From assembly GCA_963702635.1 (NCBI GenBank), contig CAVPDL010000017.1, positions 68,070 to 132,069 on the forward strand: DNA of 64,000 nt. The letters run 5' to 3'. Below are positions 13,992 through 20,860 of the stretch, one piece after another (the first letter of the stretch is position 1; every line of letters begins with the position of its first letter). Position numbers and translations under genes: made by a program. Under the pieces are notes generated by a model. That model was given only the letters and a program-made list of their open reading frames with translations, made no database searches and had not been told where the DNA came from. This DNA comes from an uncultured Alphaproteobacteria bacterium. Its GTDB lineage: Bacteria; Pseudomonadota; Alphaproteobacteria; Rhizobiales; Xanthobacteraceae.

Positions 13992-14453
13992 ATGAAAACT
14001 CTTCGAAGCATTTCGCTCTGCGGCGCCGTTGCGCTCGCAGCTCTGTTCGCAGACACGGTCCAGGCGGCGCAATACCTGCAGCCGACCAACGCCCAGCGAT
14101 CGTATGGCGCCGGCGTCGTCACCGAGGGCGGGCGCATCGTGTGGCTTGCCGGCATGGGCGGCACCCGCGCGCCTGACGGCAAGAAGGTCGAAGGCATTAC
14201 CGAACAGACGCGGCAGGCGTTTCGCAACATCGAAGCGGCGCTGAAACGCGCCGGGGGCTCGCTCGAAAATCTGGTGTCCATGACGGTGATGATCCGCAAC
14301 CAGGCGGATGGCGACGAGTTCGTCAGGGTCCGCGGCGAGTTTTTCAAGGACAAGTTCCCAGCCAGCATGCTGATCACCGCCAAGGACTTCGCCAATCCCG
14401 ACCTGTTGGTCGAGATCCAATCCGTCGCAGTGATCGGCGATACGCTGAAGTGA
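13992..14453 (+). CDS. Rid (YjgF/RidA) superfamily protein with N-terminal signal peptide
   Basis: QTRQAFRNIEAALKRAGGSLENLV, FPAS, LVEIQSVAV; hydrophobic leader ending VQA-AQ. Confidence 0.85.
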   Translation: MKTLRSISLCGAVALAALFADTVQAAQYLQPTNAQRSYGAGVVTEGGRIVWLAGMGGTRAPDGKKVEGITEQTRQAFRNIEAALKRAGGSLENLVSMTVMIRNQADGDEFVRVRGEFFKDKFPASMLITAKDFANPDLLVEIQSVAVIGDTLK

Positions 14454-14472
14454 GGTCTTGCGCCGGCTTCGC

Positions 14473-14552
14473 CGTCATTGCGAGGAGCGAAGCAACGAAG
14501 CAATCCAGCCCGTCACTTGTTTCTGGATTGCTTCGCTTCGCTCGCAATGACG
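14473..14552. repeat. REP-like palindromic element, family C (GTCATTGCGAG...CTCGCAATGAC)
   Basis: cgtcattgcgag..cgaagcaatccag pairs with ctggattgcttcg..ctcgcaatgacg. Confidence 0.85.
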
Positions 14553-14571
14553 AGTCGCGTAAAGCTTGGAC

Positions 14572-17100
14572 TTAACCCAACGGGTCGACGGCGAAGCCCT
14601 TCGGCGCTTCGCCGCGCTGCCACGTCTGCCACATCTGCGTGTAGGCCGCCTCCAGATGGCGGGCGAAGCGCAGCGAATCGAACAGCGCGCAGGTGCTGCG
14701 ATTGTGCGCGAGCCTCGCTTTGAACTCGGCGAGCCGCGCCGGCTCGCGCGCCAGCGTGAGGGCCAGCGCCTCGTATTCGGCGAGATCGTTCGCGACCAGC
14801 TCGGGCAGCGCGGCGGCGCCGGCAAGGCTCGCCGCGACCCGTCCGGCGAAGGTGCCGCCGAGGCAGGTCAGCACCGGCAGCCCCGCCCATAGCGCGTCGC
14901 TCGCGGTGGTGTGGGCGTTGCAGGGCAGCGTATCGAGGAACAGGTCGGCCAGCCGGTGCCGCGCCAGGTGCTCGTCGGGCGGCAGGCGTCCTGCGAACAC
15001 CAGCCGCGTCGGATCGACGCCGCGCCGCTCGGCCTCGCTGCGAAGATTGCGCTCGGCGCCGGCATTGTCCGACAGCAGCCACAGCACGCTGCCGTCGATC
15101 TCGCGCAACAGCCGCATCCAGACGTCGAACACCGCCGGCGTGATCTTCCAGTTGTTGTTGAACGAGCAGAACACGAAGCCTTGCTCCGGCAGCCCGACCT
15201 CCTGCCGCGCCGGCGTGTTCGCGGCAATGGTCCGCTTGCTGTCGTTGACCTGATAGCTGCCGGGCAGTTGCACGATCCGCTCGCTGAAAAACCGCTGGTG
15301 CGCGAACGGCGCCACGATCTTGTCGGCGACGATGTAATCGATGAACGGCGCGCCCATCGTGCCGGGATAGCCGAGGTAGCTCACCTGGATCGGCGCCGGC
15401 CGGTGGGACAAAATTTCCGGTCGCGAATCCCCGGTATAGCCCTTCAAGTCCACGGCGATTTCGATCTCCAGCTCGCGCAGCAGCGAGGCGACCTCGATGT
15501 CGCTTTTGCCGCGCACGTCGTAGAACCGGTCGAACGCCGCGACCAGCCGTTGCCGCGTCGCGCTGCCGTCGTCGACGCCGAACGAGATCGCGACGATCTC
15601 GAATTTGTTGCGGTCGTGCCGCTCGAACAGCTCGGCCATCAGGAACGCGGTGGCGTGCGCCTTGAAGTCGGCGGAGAGATAGGCGACCCGGATTTTCTGA
15701 TGCCGCCAGGCCTGCCCGGTCCAGAGCGGCGGCGGCAACACCGGCATCCGGTGCTCGCAATAGTTCCTGGCGCATTGCAGTTGCAGCGCCGGATCGTTGC
15801 TGTAGCCGAGCAGCACGAAGGATGAGACCGTCGTGGTGCGGTCGGCGATGTGCTTCGCCAGCGCCGCCTCGATCTCGGTCCGCTGCGACCAGTCGCAGAG
15901 ACTGAGCGCGCAGGATGCCATGCCGCTGAAGGCGTGCGGATGGTCCGGCCGGATCGCCAGCATGCGCTGGTAGTTGGCCAGAGCCGCCTCGAAGCGCTTC
16001 AGCTCCTGCAAGGTGGTGCCGCGGTTGTTCAGCGCATCGATGTGGTCGGGCCGCACCGCCAGCGCCCGGTCGGAGCTGTCCAGAGCCTCTTCGGTGCGCT
16101 TGAGCTCGTGCAGGATGATGCCGCGGTTGGTCAGCGCCTCGACCAGATCGGGCCGCAGCGCCAGCGCCTGGTCGTAGCTCGCCAGCGCCTCGTCCAGGCG
16201 CTTCAGCTCGCGCAGCATGGTGCCGCGGTTGGACAGCGCCTCGGGCAACTGCGGCCGGATCGCCAGCGTACGGTCGTAGCTGGCCAGCGCCTCGTCGAAG
16301 CGCCTGAGGCCTTCCAGCGAGAGGGCGCGGTTGTAGTGCGCCTCGACGTAATCCGGCCGCAGCGCCAGCGCCCGCTCGCAGCACAGCAGTGCTTCCTCGA
16401 AACGGCGCATGTCGTGCAGCGCCACGCCGCGGTTGCACCACGCCTCGGCAAGGTCCGGCCGCGCCTTCACGACCAGATCGTAGCTCTTGAGCGCCTCGTC
16501 ATGCCGGCCCAGCGCGCGTAGCGTGATGGCGCGGTTGTAGAGCGCGTCGGCATAGCCCGGCCGCGCCGCCAGCGCCCGGTCGTAGCTCGCCAGCGCCTCG
16601 TCGTAACGCTTCAACTGCATCAGCGCGTTGCCGAGGTTCGACAGCGCGTCGGCATAGGCGGGCTTGGCCGCCAGCGCCTTGCGATAGCACTCCACCGCCT
16701 CCTCGTTCCTGCCGAGACTGGCCAGCACGACGCCGCGGTTGTTGTGGGCCTCGGGGAATTTTGATTTCAGCTTGGTGGCGCGCTCGAAGCTTGCCGCCGC
16801 CTCCTCCTGGCGACCGAGCGCGGAGAGCGCCAGCCCATGGTTGAGCAGCACCTGGGGCGAGGGCGCTTTCGCTCGCATGGCGTCGGCAATCAGCCGCAGC
16901 GCCGCGGCCGGCTGGCCCTGACCCAGGCGAATGAGGCCGAGCAGATGCAGCGCGTCGAACTGGTCCGGCCGCACGGCGAGAATGGCGGCGTAAAGCCGCT
17001 CGGCCTCGGCGAGCCGGCCCTGCTGATGCAGCGTCGTGGCCTGCGCCAACGTCTGCGGCACGTTCAACGGCTTTAAGGATGGCAGCAGCGACGACGGCAT
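14572..17100 (-). CDS. TPR-repeat GT41 glycosyltransferase (OGT/SPINDLY-like)
   Basis: About 10-11 TPRs, then IRVAYLSADF..HA, VDLKGYT, PAPIQVSYLGYPGTMG, FCSFNNNWKI, DLFLDTLP.NAHTTASDALWAGLPV. Confidence 0.92.
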   Translation of the reverse strand: MPSSLLPSLKPLNVPQTLAQATTLHQQGRLAEAERLYAAILAVRPDQFDALHLLGLIRLGQGQPAAALRLIADAMRAKAPSPQVLLNHGLALSALGRQEEAAASFERATKLKSKFPEAHNNRGVVLASLGRNEEAVECYRKALAAKPAYADALSNLGNALMQLKRYDEALASYDRALAARPGYADALYNRAITLRALGRHDEALKSYDLVVKARPDLAEAWCNRGVALHDMRRFEEALLCCERALALRPDYVEAHYNRALSLEGLRRFDEALASYDRTLAIRPQLPEALSNRGTMLRELKRLDEALASYDQALALRPDLVEALTNRGIILHELKRTEEALDSSDRALAVRPDHIDALNNRGTTLQELKRFEAALANYQRMLAIRPDHPHAFSGMASCALSLCDWSQRTEIEAALAKHIADRTTTVSSFVLLGYSNDPALQLQCARNYCEHRMPVLPPPLWTGQAWRHQKIRVAYLSADFKAHATAFLMAELFERHDRNKFEIVAISFGVDDGSATRQRLVAAFDRFYDVRGKSDIEVASLLRELEIEIAVDLKGYTGDSRPEILSHRPAPIQVSYLGYPGTMGAPFIDYIVADKIVAPFAHQRFFSERIVQLPGSYQVNDSKRTIAANTPARQEVGLPEQGFVFCSFNNNWKITPAVFDVWMRLLREIDGSVLWLLSDNAGAERNLRSEAERRGVDPTRLVFAGRLPPDEHLARHRLADLFLDTLPCNAHTTASDALWAGLPVLTCLGGTFAGRVAASLAGAAALPELVANDLAEYEALALTLAREPARLAEFKARLAHNRSTCALFDSLRFARHLEAAYTQMWQTWQRGEAPKGFAVDPLG

Positions 17101-17187
17101 TTTTTCGGGGCCCCCGCCGCCTGTTAAAAGAGTCGCGAGAGTAGGTCCAGCTTGGTTTGTGACTCCACGCGGCGCCACGAACTCCCA

Positions 17188-17335
17188 CCCTCCCCCCCGC
17201 AAAGCGGCGGGGAGGGTCGACCGCCGTCAGGCGGTCGGGGTGGGGGAGCCTTGGCTATCGATCAGCGGTCGTTTTGATCACGCCCCCCACCCCCGACCCC
17301 TCCCCACCATTCGCTGCGCGAACGGGGGGAGGGGA
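17188..17335. repeat. REP/RIME-like element, family A
   Basis: ccctccccc..ggggaggg terminal hairpins; inner ggtcggggtggggg/ccccccacccccgacc. Confidence 0.8.
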
Positions 17336-17383
17336 GCCGGGAGGCCGTGCGTTTGTTGTTGTCGATGGATCGGTGGCGACCGG

Positions 17384-18605
17384 CTACTCCAGCGGGACGC
17401 CCGTCTTCTCCGGAATGAGCAACAGCGTCGCCACGATGTCGAGCAGGTAGATTGTCGCCAAGAGCGCGATCGCCACCGCGAACGAATAGCTCGCCGCCAG
17501 CGCGCCGACCACGAACGGTCCGAAGCCGCCGATGCCGCGCCCGAGGTTGAACAGCACGTTCTCGGCGGTGGCCCGCGCCTCGGTCGGGTAGAGCTCGGAC
17601 AGGAGCGCGCCATAGCCGCCCAGCATGCCGTTGACGAACAGCCCCATCACCGCGCCGCCGACCAGCAGCGCATTGGCGTCGGGTGAGCTGCGAATACACC
17701 AGCACCATGACGAAGGCGCCGGCCTGGAACGTCAGCAGCGCCGGCCGCCGGCCGACCCGGTCGGCGAACACGCCGAACACCCAGATGCCCAGCGCCATGC
17801 CGAGGATCGTCACCGCGGTCCACAGCGCCGATTGCGTCAGCCCGAAGCCGAACCGCGTCGACAGGTAGCTCGGCAGCCAGATCATCACGCCGTAGTAGCC
17901 GAAGTTCTGCACGCCGCAGAGGATCAGCATGCCGAGGCTGATCTTGCTGGTCTCGCCGTCCTTCACCAACAGCCGCAGGGGCGCCATGCCGCGCGAGCGG
18001 CCGGCGCGATCGAGGAAAATCTGCGGCTCGCCGACATACCACCGCACCGCGAAGGCGATGACGCCCGGGATGAGCCCGACCACGAACATGCCGCGCCAGC
18101 CGATCGCCGGCAGCAACAGCGGCGTCACCAGCGCCGCAGCGAGCACGCCGGCCTGCCAGCCGAGCGCCACGTAGGAGCAGGCCCGCGCCCGCTTCGCCGC
18201 CGGCCACGCCTCCGCCACCAGCGCCATACCGATGCCGAACTCGCCGCCGAGGCCGAGCCCCGCGATGGTGCGGTACACCAGCAGGTCCCAGTAGCCCTGC
18301 GCGAAGGCGCACAGCCCGGTGAACACCGCGAACAGCAGGATGGTCCAGGTCAGCACCCGGACCCGGCCGTAATAGTCGCTGAGGATGCCGAACAGGATGC
18401 CGCCGGCGACGGCGCCGATCAGCGTCCAGGTCACCAGCGAGCCGGCCTGCGGCGGGGTGAGGTGCAGCTCCGCCGAAATCGCCCGCAGCATGAAGCCGAG
18501 GATCAGGAGGTCGAAGCCGTCCATGGCGTAGCCGATGGCCGAGGCGAACAGCGCCTTGCCGGCATAGCTGTCGGTGCGGTCGGACGCTGTGGCGATGGTG
18601 GTCAT
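17384..18605 (-). CDS. MFS transporter (aromatic acid/sugar-like); frameshift near 17680
   Basis: GYAMDGFD, GILSDYYGRVRV, GLGLGGEFG, ADRVGRR, SELYPTEARATA. Confidence 0.9.
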
Positions 18606-18767
18606 GGTGGCTCCCCCCGGTGAAGAGGTAGTGAACGCTTGGGGCCGTGGTGGCGCAAGGCAGGTCGGGAGCCTGTTGAAAAGGCGAAGCGCTACTCGTT
18701 CGGTGTTGCCATCGCGTGGTGTCGCCGCGTCGTTGGGTATCGCCGTGCTCGCCGCGAACTCGGCCTG

Positions 18768-18870
18768 CTCCCTCCCCCCTTGTGGGGGAGGGTTGGGGAG
18801 GGGGGTAGCTGTTGAATTCCGAGTCCAGCAGCCACCCCCTCCCTGTCCCTCCCTCACAAGGGGGGAGGGA
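18768..18870. repeat. REP/RIME-like element, family A
   Basis: ctccctcccccttgtgggggaggg ... ccctccctcacaaggggggaggga. Confidence 0.8.
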
Positions 18871-18966
18871 ACGTTGTGACAGCGCCTGCGCCTCTCACCG
18901 GATTCGGAACCTCGCCGCCCCGCCCCGCGTTGCCTCGTCATCCCGACATCCGGCAGGAGCCTCGCC

Positions 18967-19344
18967 ATGAAACGCCGCGAAGCCGCCCTCGACCTCTACA
19001 ACGCCATCCTCGGAGCCTTCCTGTTCGTCTCGCCCTGGCTGTTCGCCTATCGCGATGGTCCGGCGCGCGACGACGCCTTCTTGAGCGGCGCGATCCTGGT
19101 CGCCGCCTCGCTGCTGGCGATTACTGCGTTCAGGGAATGGGAGGAGTGGGTCAATCTCGTGATCGGCCTGTGGGTGCTGGCCTCGCCCTTCGTGCTGGGC
19201 GTGCCGCATCACACCGCCGGCATGCACGTCGCGGTGACGGTCGGCGCAGCGGTGACGTTCCTGTCGCTGCTGGAATTGTGGCTGATCCACAATCCGGGGT
19301 GGGGGGAGCAGGGTGGCGCCGAGGATCAGGCGCAGAGGCGGTAG
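18967..19344 (+). CDS. SPW-repeat membrane protein
   Basis: CAGGAG RBS; LFVSPW and WEEW..LVIGLWVLASPF repeats. Confidence 0.85.
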   Translation: MKRREAALDLYNAILGAFLFVSPWLFAYRDGPARDDAFLSGAILVAASLLAITAFREWEEWVNLVIGLWVLASPFVLGVPHHTAGMHVAVTVGAAVTFLSLLELWLIHNPGWGEQGGAEDQAQRR

Positions 19345-19405
19345 GCTGCGCGTCCGATCGTCAACCGCTGTCTAGCGTCGAGAATCATAAATCGGGATAC
19401 GAGCG

Positions 19406-19821
19406 TCATTGCGAGGAGCCAAGGCGACTGAGCAAAGTCGCCAGGTCGTCAATTGTTGCTTCTTGCACAGCCCCAGTAGTCGGGATGCGCGGCGGCCCGA
19501 CCAGGAGCAATCGGATTTTGATAAGCAGGGCGCCTGCAACACCGAATACAGAAGCCCAAAAAGCCGTCTTAATACCTTCAACTAGCGATGGAACGCTGCC
19601 TTGAACGTCGCTGGTATCAAATCTCAGCAATCCGATCGCGATTCCCAAGAAGCAACCGAATATCCCGAGCATCGTGAGAACTGTCGGACCGAATACGACA
19701 GTGCGATTGTTGTAGAAAGGCCGACGATCAGGATCGTTAGAAGCCCAATCACCGCGATAAAGCCTTGCGTGATGTTGGGTAAGGTTAGGTACAGCCCATA
19801 GAGATACTGTAGCTCCGACAT
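19406..19821 (-). pseudogene. truncated MotA/TolQ/ExbB-type gene resembling the ZorA N-terminus
   Basis: After a one-base correction near 19715 it reads PTVLTMLGIFGCFLGIAIGLLRFD...SVPSLVEGIKTAFWASVFG. Lower GC than flanks; ends inside a family C repeat half (gtcattgcgaggagc at 19405). Confidence 0.65.
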
Positions 19822-19902
19822 TTCGCGTCCCCCGATACAACTAAGGGGGGAACCTTAACGCGCGACACACATATTTGCGAGTGTGCTGTTGTCGCCGACA
19901 CT

Positions 19903-20068
19903 CTCACACCCTCTCCACAAAACTATCCACGACCCGCTTCTCCCCGGCCTTATCAAACGCAATCGTCAGCTTGTTGCCGTCGACCACCACCACATTGCCG
20001 TTGCCGAACTTCTGGTGAACACCCGGTCGCCGACCGTGAAATCCGACACCGCGCCGGTCGATTTCGCC
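19903..20068 (-). repeat. imperfect duplicate of the last ~55 codons of uvrD (other copy 20860..21026)
   Basis: Hand alignment gives 12 substitutions and 1 indel over ~167 nt; both copies encode [37 protein letters not shown]. Confidence 0.9.
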
Positions 20069-20091
20069 GCCACACGCGTCGTCAAATCCAA

Positions 20092-20439
20092 TCACGCCGC
20101 CTCCGCGTGGAACGTAATCTCCCCCGTACTGCCCTTCTTCTTGCGGCGCGGACGCACGGTGATCTCGACATCCTGGTCGAACGCGGTAAGCATCCGCATC
20201 AGCCGTTCCAGCGAGAACCCTTGGAAGTGCCCGCGCAGGATGTTCGACAGGTCGGGCTGCTTGATGCCGGCAATCTTGGCGGCGGCGGTTTGCGTCAGCT
20301 TGCGCGCCTTGATGAGCCTGTGCAGTTGCACGACCAACGAGGCCTTGAGCAAATGTTCTTCCGCGTTCGGCAGGCCGAGATCGGCGAAAATATTTCCGCT
20401 GCCGATCTCGAAGGCAGGTAATTTTTTCTTCTTCTTCAT
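20092..20439 (-). CDS. XRE/HTH_37 antitoxin (HigA-like)
   Basis: GSGNIFADLGLPNAEE, LTQTAAAKIAGIKQPDLSNILRG..FSLERLM. Confidence 0.88.
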   Translation of the reverse strand: MKKKKKLPAFEIGSGNIFADLGLPNAEEHLLKASLVVQLHRLIKARKLTQTAAAKIAGIKQPDLSNILRGHFQGFSLERLMRMLTAFDQDVEITVRPRRKKKGSTGEITFHAEAA

Positions 20440-20813
20440 GGCTCAACTCCTTTGCCGGCTTGATGAATAACCTTGGCTTGTCGAAGCCGCTGTCTGATCA
20501 GATCGAGATGACGCTGCGGTGTAGCGATGCCCCTCGTCGACTTCTTCTGAAACGTGTGCAGAACATACAGGACGCCTTGAAAGCGCACCGTATAGACGGC
20601 TCGATAAGTGTCGCCGTCGTAGTTATCGCGAATCTCCAACACGCCGCTGCCGAAGCCTTTCAACGGCTTGGCGTGAAATGGATGATCGCCGAGCTGAACC
20701 TCGAACAACGCCCGGCCGATTTCCCGCCGCACAGGCTCCGGAAACGCCTGCAGGTCGCGGCGGCTTGTGCCGACGAACACCGCAGGCTTGATCGTGCGCA
20801 ACGCGTCATCCAC
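20436..20813 (-). CDS. RelE/HigB-like (Gp49-type) toxin
   Basis: DL.AFP, AKPLKGFGSGVLEIR...GDTYRAVY, YVLHTFQKKSTRG; overlaps the antitoxin start. Confidence 0.88.
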   Translation of the reverse strand: MDDALRTIKPAVFVGTSRRDLQAFPEPVRREIGRALFEVQLGDHPFHAKPLKGFGSGVLEIRDNYDGDTYRAVYTVRFQGVLYVLHTFQKKSTRGIATPQRHLDLIRQRLRQAKVIHQAGKGVEP

Positions 20814-20817
20814 GGCA

Positions 20818-20848
20818 TTATAGTAATATTACTATAAAACGCCGTCAA
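20818..20848 (-). promoter_or_regulatory. sigma70 promoter with perfect 20-bp palindromic operator for the TA pair
   Basis: TTGACG-17-TACTAT; TTATAGTAATATTACTATAA at 20818-20837 overlaps the -10. Confidence 0.75.
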
Positions 20849-20860
20849 GGCGCCTTTGGC

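Noticed and set aside
14513-16441. Long alternate-frame and antisense ORFs (also 21151..22638, 25107..27158, 51617..53008)
   Set aside because: Arg/Ala/Pro-rich shadows caused by high GC3 codon bias over recognisable genes.
15950-17060. ~102-nt periodic repeats resembling an array
   Set aside because: These are the 34-aa TPR units of the GT41 protein, not CRISPR repeats and spacers.
19904-20446. 180-aa ORF ending in the UvrD C-terminal peptide, read as a novel fusion protein
   Set aside because: Its N-terminal part is an off-frame reading of the antitoxin, joined to the duplicated tail by a one-base deletion.
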